From: Conidiobolus incongruus B7586
Lineage: Eukaryota
Assembly: GCA_000697335.1 (NCBI GenBank)
Contig: JNEM01007793.1
Span: forward strand, 1-53,858
Direction: 5' to 3'
DNA: 53,858 nucleotides
This document shows positions 11,501 to 24,039 of the stretch, in pieces. The notes beneath the pieces are model-generated. The model had not been told where the DNA came from. It searched no databases and saw only the letters and a program-made list of their open reading frames with translations. The translations under genes and the position numbers were made by a program. Numbering within the stretch: the stretch's first letter is position 1; every line of letters starts with the position of its first letter.

Positions 11501-12242
11501 GACGGTTAATTGTTTCTTCTTCTGAGAGTTTCAAAACTGATTCTCCCTTTCGTAAAATTTTCATTAATTGTGTCTCTAGAGAGCCGTGTGGTGTCCAATT
11601 ATGGAGCCTAACATAACGATCCAGACTATTCAATAAAAATCTTTCGCCCTTTCTCTCTTTAATCAAATTTACATGAATTTTTGACCATAGTTCAAGTCTT
11701 AGTTTTTCTTCTGTAGCAAACTGAGGAGAATCAAAAAGACTATATGTAAGGATGCTGGGAAGGGAATAATATTCTGATGTTTCAAGGCAGATAGCGTCCA
11801 GCGCATCTGGCGATAAACTTCCGACCAAGGAAGCAACTACATCAGAATTTGTCCTAAGAAAGGCTAAAAGCTGGAGAATAGCCGAACTGCTCTTAAAAGT
11901 GATTTGGTCTAGAAAACTAATATGGATTTTAGAGTCCATTAATCGATTAACTAGGAGTCTTTTTTCTAAGTTTTGGAATTGTTGGTACAATTGAGTAAAT
12001 TCATCCTTTTTCTCATTTTTGAATAAATCATATAATTGATCGAAGGTTTCACTCAAATATAAATAGTCTCTACTTGTTATCTTAGAAGATATGAATAAAG
12101 TCCTGAGTCTTTGTATTTCTCTTATTTCCCCCTGACGTTGAAATTTATCAAGGGATAGTAGTAAACGAAGGTCTGACAGCTGGGTAGCGCCACTGTCAAT
12201 AGACAAAAAAGTATTTGGAATTGGAGGATTTGCCTTAGTCAT
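8502..12242 (-). CDS. Large fungal protein (1246 aa) with RasGAP-like N-terminal, VPS9-like and C-terminal SEL1-like regions
   Basis: Long intact single-exon ORF. FFFFRFLGKVITYPEYYGL resembles the RasGAP FLRF.CPAI..PE.YG signature. SPLHKL...NTDSII...LQAIATFV...EGKAFWDFSLAV resembles VPS9. AKEGHAVAQRELAILYL and ALFWFHQAAAQGD are SEL1-like. A strong acceptor (ttttccttttag) ~20 nt upstream of the ATG suggests an upstream exon. Domain calls are inference. Confidence 0.8.
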   Translation of the reverse strand: MTKANPPIPNTFLSIDSGATQLSDLRLLLSLDKFQRQGEIREIQRLRTLFISSKITSRDYLYLSETFDQLYDLFKNEKKDEFTQLYQQFQNLEKRLLVNRLMDSKIHISFLDQITFKSSSAILQLLAFLRTNSDVVASLVGSLSPDALDAICLETSEYYSLPSILTYSLFDSPQFATEEKLRLELWSKIHVNLIKERKGERFLLNSLDRYVRLHNWTPHGSLETQLMKILRKGESVLKLSEEETINRHLMRPRSRSYSHTSIHHPTPTTSNSDIEKFFDQACIDLLVILDKYIPPCLIALSHSIIKSLPPHLHQYANILLMLKFFFFRFLGKVITYPEYYGLCEDYYISEKRRQRILFTTHQRLYRYVTTLANHSLGWNRRSLRIDSKIKSLIESITNQFIPSDLSDPCVSITQHLPLLPCNQSSSSSPIVFPSVTPTLAIAPQDVMTLHQFFSSRINSVESKLTPSQKILVTLLDASRASVYEIGALPTSPAPNIAVLQVVTGSVQTQDNQNVHLSPTTNPPLTNAPFLTPTEQQPEEHNELPALKTIGNAIILLLTSYDIQYTSYDIISPSVPSLDCILAAAVTLSRENNKFSDAVTFQQARELIKTLPLSYRENNCSQLIQHISKEFERAKAIREAHRHERNIWTAYAMETESRLRNMLKMRESRASSLRLRFLYNIFRTSKTFDRHRNTILELAQLAEMSEQTCVEVDKYIEGRDIYNFLPNDHKYHRFCMEVQNIAIAAAATTMDWECYSVENQLFNPSYKFKGLGNNKSQLPSDYHNSFRKNHRCSISTDSTAYNAWGMTEENTTRSHDFSAHGNSIEDEFDHGIHLKLVGLILSEFYYFFRYSETDLWFNEFVTEGGDVDFKDDIDRQSTTSSNFYGHFDDLEDATSKLTIGSNNPPTPKLPSLSSCSPSPTSESSSASGMILSPPPPPPPVSTSTSTSVYALSDAYGTLCTQLTLHPSPLHKLHTLFNLELLIVANLSISDSPNTDSIINEIEKVFRQIRPKYLLKDLQAIATFVPTTILDLSDEGKAFWDFSLAVMSLKKEAVERIVSHAADILDFATERRSSRPLPERIMIDDQEGYELRQQMEAVRLFTIGAKEGHAVAQRELAILYLSLPNISETINPINSSPTNSPTITSPNQGFLSFYTGYQLGSSSKDDEDSKYNAANVATALFWFHQAAAQGDTFAQRFLSHRDGIELTERAKSGGHGGNNMKYINSMTLKRSLSSPIGHRIAISTKNAK

Positions 12243-15200
12243 ATTTATGGGTTGGTATAAGCTAAAAGGAAAAAGTTAAATAAAATTCATATGATATATG
12301 CGAAATGAAATATATGCTGGCAGATGATTTGAAAGAATCAATTCAACTGCGTTGGTATTATTAGAACTATTTACAGAGTTGGTATAATGAAAATATAAGT
12401 GCTGAATAATTGTAGAGTTGGTTAAGAAATGAAGCAAAGAGTGAATGAAACCAATACAAGAAGAAGAGTGATTTTGTACTCTTTTATTAAATAAATGTGA
12501 AAGTGAAAAAGAAGCAAGATAAGAGTTAATTTTAGTGAGTGTCTAAAATTGAGAGAGAGGATGGGAAATTGGATTGGGGGTATTATTATCAATGAATTGA
12601 ATATGGAAAAATTCAGATTTGAATGGGAACTATTGAAGGGGGAATAGGGTTTGCCAGGGGAGGATTTAGGTTATTATGTCAGGTGGGGAAAAGTGAAACT
12701 GTTGATTTCAATCAAAACAGCGAACCCTTATAAGAATAGTCTTCCCTACAGTCTTTATTACAAGCTAACTGTTCAACTTTTGTATCTATAGTTTATTTCC
12801 GAACCATCATTGTACTATTTAATATCAGATCATCAGAAGATTACATTCCGATAATCTAAGCTTAATTCGAACTCATCAATATCAACAGCGATTTCATATT
12901 TCAGTCAATATTAATAAATCATAAACATTCTTTAATTGAAAACTTATTTTTGTTATTGTTAATAATATTTAATAATAAAGCTATTCATCATAGGCACTAG
13001 TCTCTTTCGAGATAAATTTTGCATGATTTTTCAGTTTATTTGATATTTAGTAATGTGTTATTGAAATAAACTTAAATTTATCCACCAGTAAAATTACCGA
13101 ATGAAAAACTATTCCATGAACCTCACATGATATGGGTGATTCATTTAGTGACAAACTACCAGATTAACCACACTGTGCATATCAATGGGATATTATATAT
13201 ATATATACTATGCATCAACCTAGTACTGACATAAGGCAATATAATATAATATAAATTAATTATTAAGATCAGATTCCAAATGATTGTTAAATATAATCAA
13301 TACTGAAATTTTATTCAATAATTGGTTAATACCATATTTATAATTATAATTTAACATTTCAATCCTCTATTACTATAAATATATGCTGATAAGTTACCTT
13401 TTTTTCAATTTTTTGCTCCCCAATACGTTTTACTATTGAATAACTACATATCCAATTGTAGTTAATACACCATTAATCTCAATTGGAAACTAAAACATAG
13501 AATATACCAGTATTCTATCAATCAAACAATCTAAAATTAATTAAAAGATAAATAATAAAATAATAAAATAATTTGATCATAATGTGAACTTAATAAACTC
13601 TTTTCGATTGTTAGAAAATTTATATATCAAGTTTGGCGTCGATTAATGTTTATACTTTACAAGTGCCGTCCAATTAATTTGTCAAGCTTATCAAAATGTG
13701 GCCTCTGGTATAATTACTCGCATGAAATCAACCTATTAAATCATTCGATTAAAATCACCCTTGAATACCTCAATTTGAACTGGTATGCACACTTATATTT
13801 ATATTTATGATTTCATATTGTGTATATTTGTACAAATTAAATTTAAATGTGATATTGTTAAAGATTTGGAAATTTTCAATTAAACATCTAAATTTCTGAA
13901 ATATTCAATATAAAAATTTGTAATAGAGTTAAAAATTGTAATTTACACCTATATATTATAAAAGATATTTTTATATATTAAATTACTTTTACCTGAATAT
14001 TTTTAATATAATCCCGATTTAGCTAGAAACAATATTTTAAATTTAAAACATTACTCCATAATTTTTATTTGCTGAATTTTGGAATTTAGTCAAAATTCAT
14101 GTCTCAGATTGTTTAACTTTGTTATATTGAAGAAATTTAATATAAAAATCGAGTAAAAATAAGGGATGTTTATTTGGATTTTAATTGATAAAATTGATGT
14201 GGTATTGATAATTTTAAGTTTGATTTACAAGCTTAATTGGTTAAAAATTTTCTTCGTTCTAATGACAATTCCATTTGTAGTAAAATTATTATAAATTGAA
14301 TTCTACAGGTGATAAAAAAATAATTGATACTTTTAACCTCGAATATTTCTTAAGATTAAAAAGCATATCTCTAATTAATTTAAAATTTTGATTATTGAGC
14401 AACCTAAATAGTTAGCTTTTGTTTATAATTTAATCAATTAAATGAATTCATTTTAATACATTTAATACTTGGATTTGTATTTAACAATCAACTATATTCT
14501 CTCCATCAATTAATGGTTTTCACATTTATAATATAAAATGGTAATATGATACAACTAATTAAGTATCTATATATATAAATTTTGAGATAGGGAAAAATAA
14601 ATTGAAATAAAATTGGACATGAACTATGCCATTGAATAAAATAATTCGAAATCAATTGCTTTTTAGTTTGTTAGTATTGCAGTAAATTTGACAGTTTGCA
14701 ATTCTACTGTTATTTCCTGGAATAGAATATCCTCGCTTTCTGTATAATAATTTTATATTTTCTAATTATCTAACAATTTTCAATTTATTTTAATAATATA
14801 TTTAATTTCAATATTTTGAATATGAATGATCCTAAGTGTACTAATTTATAAATTTTTGAATTCACTTTGATCAAATATATTTTATAGTTGAGAGTTAAAC
14901 AATCAAAGATAATGACAATTCAACAAATATATGTTAAGTATATAGTAAATATTTTATTAGCTGATATCGATATTATAACTTGTACCAATATATACTTTAT
15001 GCAAAGCTAAAAAAATAGAAAATTGATCAACTCTATATGATAAAATTGTCGCTTTGAAAGATAATATCTTTGAATTACTCATATTTAAATACAAATAGGT
15101 TTGTTGGGAATCTGATTCCACTCAATAATATTATTTCTTTATTATCAAATTCAAAGTTCATCATTTTAATGACAATTGTGTTTGAAATTTCAAATTTTAA

Positions 15201-16035
15201 CACATTTATTATAAAATATTGAATAGCAATCATAAAACCATATTTTTAAAAATTTAATATTTGATCATAATATTCAAAATTTAATATATATTTACAAAAT
15301 GCTAATTAAATATATCACATATATATTATTTCTATATTGGTTAACGTTGGATCAATATTATTTCAATATATATTATGGGGTAATGATTCCATTATGACTC
15401 TAAATATATATTCAAAATAATTACAATACATACGCTATAATTTTGAAGGTCTAATAATTATTTATATTCATTTATTTTTATTAAATCACATTTTGATAGT
15501 AAAAAAATTAATGTATAATCAAGAATTTTGGGGAAATATAAATGCTTTCATTATATAAATTGTAATATAATTCATAAATAATAAAACTATAGCAATATGT
15601 TGGATGGAAATTTATCAAAAATGCGTAAACATTACTCCAATTATATCATTCCATTTTTAAGCCAAATTTAACCTCTTGTTTAAATATAAAATTTCAATAA
15701 ATTAATAATTGCTTACTCTAAGAAGGTCAAATTCAACAGGATTTAGAAATTTTATCTCAGGAAAAACAGACTATAAAAGTAAAGAATTTCTTTTAGTAAC
15801 AGTGATTTATAGGCTTATTAAAATTACTATACCTACCTATTTCGCTTGAACTTGGATATTTTTTTATCTCTTCGTAGCAATTTTTTGCAGTGGGAATTTA
15901 TGAGCTCATTTGAATGTAATTGTTACTTTTTTGCCCAATCAACATGGTCAACTCAAACAGGGAACATTATAATATTTTATCCAATTAATTAATATTATTA
16001 AAGTTGTAGACTATTGTCTCTATGATTCAGATTCT

Positions 16036-17040
16036 ATGCCCTATTTATATCAAGCCCATAATATAGAAACTCGACTTCAACTAATTAATATTCTGTCAAT
16101 AAAAGAAAGGAAAAATCAATCTCGAATTAGAAAGAACTCTTGTAACTCTCTAGCCAAAATTCAACAAAATGAAGGCAAAATTTCCGAAAATGTGGATATT
16201 ATACAAGCTCTTCAATTTGAAACTTCTGAATAAATAGAATATGAAAGCATATAGTTCTTACTACAACAGATAAGACTATGCCTTGCTAATCAAGATCGCG
16301 TACGCACTCTGACCATCTTCAGAAAAGTTGGACTTGATTTCTTCAAAGTTGAAGCTAACCATGGCCTTAAATTAAGATATTATGATCCTTCCATCCAAAA
16401 TATTTCGCAAGGAAACAACTATTGGGATGTTTCCAAACAATATTTCAAAATCTATAACATTTCCTCTGTTTAAACTGACGAATCCAAGTGAAAGTAATCT
16501 TTAGAGCAAGCCTCAATTATCACCATTCTTTCCCTCTATGACGATAAATAAAGCGCTCTAATCCACCTCATCATACAAAAATCCTTAATTGAAAAAATCT
16601 CCCCAACACAAAGAATTAGATACCAACTTCGCCGCTATCGAACACATTAGATAGCCTCGTCTCCAAGAACTTTATGAAAAGGCTCTCCTCCCCATAGATT
16701 CATTCGTTCGCGATATCGAACAAGGTGCCAAACGCTCGGACGTTTTTCACAACTACACCGTCGAATATAATACTCGCGTCACTGAGAAGTACTAAATCCT
16801 CATTACCCTTTACTGCATGGCTGAATTTTTAGACCTAAGCTACTACCAAACGTGAAAAATATTAGCTAAATTAATTGTATCAAAGATCACCTACGCCAAA
16901 ATTAAGCGTCCAGCCAGTATCATCAACTTACAAGCCCCCAAGGATGCCAACACTATCCCAAACGAATGGACTACGGTATCAACGAACTGTTGTCCCACGT
17001 GGAGAAGACCAATCAATTCATTTCCATGGAAAATATAGTA
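16036..17040 (+). pseudogene. Decayed ORF, possibly retroelement gag/ORF1-like
   Basis: A ~1-kb higher-GC island that reads as protein through scattered stops and at least one frameshift (e.g. IRLCLANQDRVRTLTIFRKVGLDFFKVE and PRLQELYEKALLPIDSFVRDIEQGAKRSDVFHNY). No diagnostic motif was found. Confidence 0.4.
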
Positions 17041-19565
17041 CCTAAAATGATTGTTTGTAAGTAATTTCACCTGTACCTTTGAACTTTAATCATTTTTATC
17101 AAATTTTTCAAAATTCATTTTTATAAAAATTATAATATTAATTTCTAGTTTTTTTTTAGAATATATTATAAATTAAAATCCAATATAATATTATTTTTTT
17201 AAAAAAAAATATTATTAATAAAATTTATAAATTAAAATAAAAAGAAAATTTAATTTAATAAATTTTTATTAAATTTTTTTATATTGAATAATTAATAATT
17301 AATTATTCTCTTTACTTTAAATCTAAATTAATGAAAATATAAAAATTTTATTTGATGAAAAAATATTATAATTTTGATGCTTTTCTTTCAACTAAGTAAT
17401 ATAAATTATACTATATTATAAATTGTCATTAGTTTTCTTATTTTATTTCAAAATAATTCTTTAATAAATTGCATCTTACTAAATTTGAATATTTTTTTCT
17501 GTTTTTTAATATAAATTAAAATAAATCCAGTTGATTAACTTTTAATGTCAATAATTTATTTTAAACAAAATTTCAATATAAAAAGATATAATATAACCTA
17601 CAATAATGATATAATTATAAATTGAGGTCGGCATTTAATATATCAAATATAATACAGTTTAGTATTGATGACTTGGCTTTTAATCAAAATGAAATATTTG
17701 TACATCTATCATTAATATCATTATATTCAAGATTCGAAAAATAATAATATAAAATCAAAATTTAGTCTGATTTTATATTTCCAATGTCCTAAATTTATCA
17801 AATCTTGGTGAAACTTTATGAATAAAATATATAATATATAATATGCAACTCCTATTACATATTTTTTTATTTTTGAAATATTAAAATTTTAAATATTATT
17901 AGCTATTTTGATATAAAATTCCTTTACATTCTAAATTACTTTATAATTTTGAATTCTTTAAGTTATAAAAAATTCACTGAATAATCCTTATAATTATAAA
18001 ATTAATATTGTTATTGCCATTATATTTATATACAAAATAAATTATACAAAATGAATATTCTCATTCAACAGTATCAATAGTATTAGATGAAATTATTGAA
18101 ATTAAAAAACTATTTTTTTCCTTTTAAAGTATTAATTAAGATAATTATAATATAACCTTATGATAAAAATATCTAATCATAATAAAAAATTATTAAAAAT
18201 TCTATAAATTTATCCAAAGTTTTTAATACAAATATATAATTTGGAAAATGAGTGATAAAATTTGATTTAATGCAAAAAATTTTAAATAATAAAATATTGT
18301 GATATCATTTTTTATAAGTGATTTGATAATAGAAAATTAAAAAAGAATAAAACTGTTATTATCAGTGTAATACTATATTTATATTGATATCATGTTTCTA
18401 TCCAATTATTCCATATATCTTTACTTTTTGTATCAATTTACCTATAATATATCACTTAACCCATTTTCCCATAACTTTTTCAATTCTTATCCCAATATAC
18501 AGAGATTCCATTTTTCTACCTGAAGGTAATTAAATCAAATTCCTTAAAATTAGCTTCTAATAAAGAATTCCCTATAAACTATATTTTAAACTTACAAATC
18601 ATCAGTACTTGAGCTAAATTTAATATAATTTCTTAGTTTCCAGTACTAGGTTAATATAATTGAATTGTTTCAAACTCTGTTGATAATGTCATATTTGAAA
18701 GTGTCAAACCGTTTTATTTATTTTATATAGCATATTTTACCAATATATTACTTCATTTTAACTTATTTTAAACAATTATATTATCTATCTCATTTTTACC
18801 ACTTTTATATTTGATCAATTTACATCAAGATTTCAGATAATTTTATTAAAATTACAAATCTTTTTCTGTTAACTATACCACTCAGAATTGTATTTACTAA
18901 GATAATATATTATTATTTAACTTCAAATTTAATATATGAAATTAATCACTATTTTATCTATTTTAAAGCATTAGTTGATATCATGCATTTATAATATTTT
19001 TATTATATCTAAGCATTTACTCAGTTTAACATATAACAAGAATGAGCCCTCAAATCTCAAAATTCTATTCATCATAATATACTGCAAAATATAAATTGAT
19101 TAGATATCGCAATGTTTGAATTCATTATATTAACAGTTTTATATGCAAGTTAAATAATGCTGTTTTATAATATATTATTCATTACTTTCTAGATGAATGC
19201 CAACTTCAGAAAGCAAATATATGATGTAAATTAAAGAAAAGTATTTGAATAAATCAGGAATTTTTTAATACTAAAATAAAAAATTACTAAATAAAAATTT
19301 TAGATTACTACATATTCCAAATTTTAAAATCAAATTTGAATGATTTAAATTCATCATCATTAATAATACTTGAAAAAAAATTAATATTTTGATAATATAT
19401 ATATTAACTCCAAATTTTATAGCTTGAATTGAATATATATCACTGTCAAAAATATCTCATTTTGAACAAAAACCGAATATTCTATATTTAATTTGGATTA
19501 TTAAATCATTAATAAATTTAAATTGATTTTATTTTACTTATTAATTATTGTTACAAGGTAAAGAT

Positions 19566-20816
19566 TTAGTTAAATACTTTTTGATTAGAAAATTTCATTA
19601 ATTGTTTGGCACTGTTAATAGAATCACTCAAATCAGTGATCAGATCTTCAGTATCCTCAATACCACATGAAACTCTAATCAAATCTCGAGGTAAGCCCAA
19701 TTTTTGAACAGTTTCATTGGATACAGCTGAAACGCCTTCATTGAAAGGCATATACATAAGAGACGAAACACTGCCGAAGCTCATACTGATGCTGAATAAT
19801 TTGGCGCTCTTGACAATTGCTTCGCTGAATTGAACGTCACCAGTCTCAAAGCTTAATAGACCACCGGCGCCCTTGGACATAGAAGCATAAAGTTTATGCT
19901 GGGGATGCGATTCAAGACCTGGATAGTGGACTTTAAACCCTAAGCGCTCGAGATACTGAGCAACGTGGAAAGCGTTGGACATTTGGCGATCCATTCTCAA
20001 TGCAAGAGTTTTCAAACCTCTTAATAGCAAGAAACTATCGAAAGCGGTTAAACCAGAACCATTAGAGTGAATAATTTCTTGAATCAATTGACCGACCTCT
20101 CTGGATCTAACACCAATGATACCAGCCATGATATCATGATGACCTCCCATATATTTGGTTCCGGAGTCAACAACAATATCGGCTCCCAATTCTATTGGTC
20201 TTTGCAAGTATGGTGAAGCTAAAGTATTATCAACAGCAACTAAAGCATTAGGATATTTTTCATGAACCATAGTACAAATAGATCGAATATCTGAAATTTT
20301 GAGCAATGGATTGGATGGTGATTCAATCAAGACTAACTTAGTTTTATCGCTCAATTTTTCTTCAATTTGAGCGATATCGGTAGTATCAACTTGATGAACT
20401 TTGACTCCTGAATGATCCTCAAGCCTTTTCAAAGAATTCATAGTACCTCCATAGATATGATTACCTGTAATCACTTCTTCACCATGCTTAGTCAACCTGA
20501 GGATCGTGTCTAAGCTCATCATACCACAAGAAACTAAGAAAACGGATTCAGCTTTCATGAATTTGGCTAAATGTTTTTCTACTGAATGTCTAGTAGGATT
20601 AGTGTATCTAGAGTATTCGTAGGGCCCTACTTCGTAAGCGCTAGGTTGCTTATACGTCGAAGTTTGATAAATTGGGAGGCATGAAGCTTGGTAGGGGTCT
20701 TCTCCAAATTCGTTGAAATGCACAAGTTCGGTAGATGGACCATATTCTCTACGCTGGTGATTATGTTCGTTTCTACTTGACAAATTGGCTTCTAACATAT
20801 TGAAATCAATAAACAT
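19566..20816 (-). CDS. PLP-dependent Cys/Met metabolism enzyme, cystathionine beta-lyase (Str3/MetC)-like
   Basis: Motifs PIYQTSTY, YSRYTNPTR, YGGT, IESPSNP, VDNTL, the PLP lysine in DSGTKYMGGHHD, LLLRGLKTL and IRVSCGIED. The SGTKY..GHHD form is typical of fungal Str3. Single exon. Confidence 0.85.
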   Translation of the reverse strand: MFIDFNMLEANLSSRNEHNHQRREYGPSTELVHFNEFGEDPYQASCLPIYQTSTYKQPSAYEVGPYEYSRYTNPTRHSVEKHLAKFMKAESVFLVSCGMMSLDTILRLTKHGEEVITGNHIYGGTMNSLKRLEDHSGVKVHQVDTTDIAQIEEKLSDKTKLVLIESPSNPLLKISDIRSICTMVHEKYPNALVAVDNTLASPYLQRPIELGADIVVDSGTKYMGGHHDIMAGIIGVRSREVGQLIQEIIHSNGSGLTAFDSFLLLRGLKTLALRMDRQMSNAFHVAQYLERLGFKVHYPGLESHPQHKLYASMSKGAGGLLSFETGDVQFSEAIVKSAKLFSISMSFGSVSSLMYMPFNEGVSAVSNETVQKLGLPRDLIRVSCGIEDTEDLITDLSDSINSAKQLMKFSNQKVFN

Positions 20817-21936
20817 TATAAAAGGTTGTGTTAGTTAATATATAAATTTTTTATCAAGATTAAAGGAGATTGTTAATTGTGTTCATCTTTAAATACACCT
20901 TTATATTCGCATCCCATTAATCATGATTTAATATAGCACTAATTTTTAATTAACTACGGATTGAGTATTATAAATATAATGGTAACTAATCCGCTACAAA
21001 ATGCTTAAGATAATTATTCCTAACCTTTGAATTTTGATCTATTTGAGGGTTATAACCAATCATAATTAATTCATAAAATATTAATTTATTCTTCATAATA
21101 TAATTATCTGATATGATTTCATATTACGTTTATTAAAAATCTCCAAGTCACCTTTTTTTTCAGTTCGATTAAATGTAGTGTAATGTATCGTGGCAATTGG
21201 ATGATGTCATAATATGAAATTAGCATAAATCCATAATATCATATGAAATTTCTGGAATTTAAATATTATTTTTGTAACAAATAAGAGGTGCTAAAGTGTT
21301 TTAATAATATAAAGATCATTATTAAAAGATATTTTTAAGTTTATTTAATTCAATCAATAAACCTTTGATATATTCATTAGTAAAAATTATATTTGCTTTA
21401 TATTTAACACAAGAAAATAAATTTAAGAATTGGATTAAGATTTTATTTTAGAGAATACTAATCAAGTTATTGTGAATTAAAAATATCGCTGCCAAAAAAT
21501 GAAATATAAGCAAGTTAAAAAAACGTTGGATAATAGTTATAATACAAAGTCACAGTTAAATGATATCTCTTAGTTATATTTGAATTAATTAATTTTCACT
21601 TTACTTTTGTAAAGATTGTTTACAAATAAAAATTTGATTTCGATCAAATTATTTGAATTGTAAAAAATATTGCAAAATATAATGAATTTTCAAGATATAA
21701 AAAGTATTAAAAATTTTAATATTATATTTGATAAAATTTGAACTATATTTCAAGTTTACTGCACTAATTAAATTAATTTTAATACACTGCTGAGTATTAC
21801 CTTTAAATTAAAACTTTAACTTTTTGAAATAATTTGGTATGAATATTATCAAAAAAAATTATTTAGTGAGAAAAAAAACTAGAAAAATATAATAATATTA
21901 AATAAGTTTCAAAGTCATATTGGAGCTTTATGATTA

Positions 21937-22192
21937 CACTCTTTTCCCCTGTTCAGGTTTTTTGTTTGGTCTTGCTTGGTCTATTAGATACGAAATCTTA
22001 TTATAAAATTTTGATTTCTTAGAACATATATTTCAAATACATTAATACTTCAAATTATTATATAAAACTGTGTGCGATAGGAAAATTATTTATAAAGCAT
22101 AACATCCTTTTAATCCAAACTTTGGTAATTAGATTTTACATTGAATAGACCAAGTAAGATCAAAGGAAAAACTTGAACACAGGAAAAGAGTG
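21937..22192. mobile_element. 256-bp MITE (Tc1/mariner superfamily, non-autonomous)
   Basis: ~50-bp TIRs: cactcttttcccctgttcaggttttttgtttggtcttgcttggtctatt versus the reverse complement of 22144-22192, cactcttttcctgtgttcaagtttttcctttgatcttacttggtctatt. TA on both sides (21935-21936, 22193-22194). No ORF inside. Confidence 0.88.
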
Positions 22193-23959
22193 TATCATGA
22201 ATAAATTAAAACTAAAACATAGTCAATTTACACCTCCAACTTATCCATGAGAAATTCATGTTTTATTAAATCATCCAATATGAATTTTTAGGGAAAATAT
22301 TTTTCAGAACAATTGTAAGAATTCATATAGGATTCTAATTTAGAATATAATGAATAATAATTATGAATCTCCTGATTTTTTTCATATATTATTTCCCCAA
22401 TAATTTTTAAATGACAATATTTAAAAAGTTCGTTAAATTTCAAGAATTCACCTTAGTTCAAATATTAGATTTGATTTCACTGTGCAAATATTACTTGTTA
22501 TTCGAGCCAAGCTATTTCTAATATTCATATTTATATTATTTTAATATTAAATATCTGGTACAATTTCATTTTAAAAAACGCCATAATAATGATTCAAAAT
22601 TTTATTTTTTTTGTTTATTTAATAATATTAATTGAAATTAAATCGGCTCAAATAGATATACTATGATCTAATTTTAGAATTGCATTAATAAATTATTTAA
22701 AATCAAATCATTTTCTCTTAGTTTGAAATAATATTGAGTTATTGTATGCTTCGAAAATATAATAAAATCTTTATTTATGTGTTCAGCTCAACAATGGGAA
22801 ATGGATATAATTTAAGTATTTAATAATTTTTATGGCTGATATTAACTCTAGATTATACTTGTTGAATGGACAGAGGATTCTGAATATAATGTAATATAAT
22901 TAATATAATTTATTATCATATAGCATTATTTAGATTCTTTATACAACTATATCTATATGATTATAAACAATATGGGTTATATTACCAAATGGGCTTGATA
23001 AATTTGTTATTGATTGAATATTTCCAACAATATTTGTTAAATATCGTAATAGCTACCGTTTAACAAAGTTATTTTGGGTTTATAATAGTATACTAGATGA
23101 ATTGTTATCATAACCTGTCAAGGATCATTAAAATTACTTTAAAAATTAGAATTGTAGAATATGTAGTATTTGAACATTGAAACTAACTTGAATGCAAATT
23201 CATTAATGATAATGTTCATTCGATAATTTTACATCCACTAATTTCCTCAAACTTATTCAACTTCAGTGACTTATGCTAAGATTCTAAATTTACTAACTGT
23301 TTAATGAATATTAAATGCTAGTATAGGTCACTTCCATCTAATCATATATGCATTTCTTAATCTCAATTCAAATAATCTTATCAATTTTGTGTGTAAACTG
23401 TCTAATAGATCTTGTGATTGAAAGTAGCACAATTCACACCATATTGATTATCCAAATAAATTGATATCATTTGCATTGATAATGATATTACATTATTCAC
23501 CATGCATTGGTTACTTGATGATATATTATATATTATTATAATTTAATTACATATTGGCAACTCTATCAAATTATTTTTTCATTACTATATCTTATTATAT
23601 TATTTTATCGATATATATAATATAAATCTAATTATAGTTATGCCTTAAGACATACTAATATTAAATCTAGTAATACCCTCAAAATTAGGACATTATTTTT
23701 GAATATTAAGCACAAATAATTTTATTTAATCAATAATAAATATTATAAACTTTTTAATATTATTAACTGGTAAGTAATTAAATAAATTTTTAAAATATTA
23801 ATATTAATTTATTAATATTTTATATAAATATAATTCTTTTTCATATATTATATTTTTTAATATTTGAAAACTATTTTTAAAATTTACAATTTTTATCTCT
23901 TTTATGATCAATTTAATATCAAAAAATTATAATTCATATAAATCCCATAATTTTAAATT

Positions 23960-24000
23960 TAGCCAATTGAAAAAATTTACCACCAATGGGTGTATAAATA
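23960..24000 (+). promoter_or_regulatory. Putative promoter of the snoRNA (CCAAT boxes plus TATA)
   Basis: CCAAT at ~23963 and ~23983 and TATAAATA at 23993-24000, about 40 nt upstream of the snoRNA 5' stem. Confidence 0.35.
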
Positions 24001-24039
24001 TAACGCAAATTTGAAAAATTGAATCTTTGAACCTAATTA

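Noticed and set aside
18390..18710. Minus-strand ELKKLWENGL, reminiscent of a CACTA transposase
   Set aside because: A single short motif with no supporting frame or termini.
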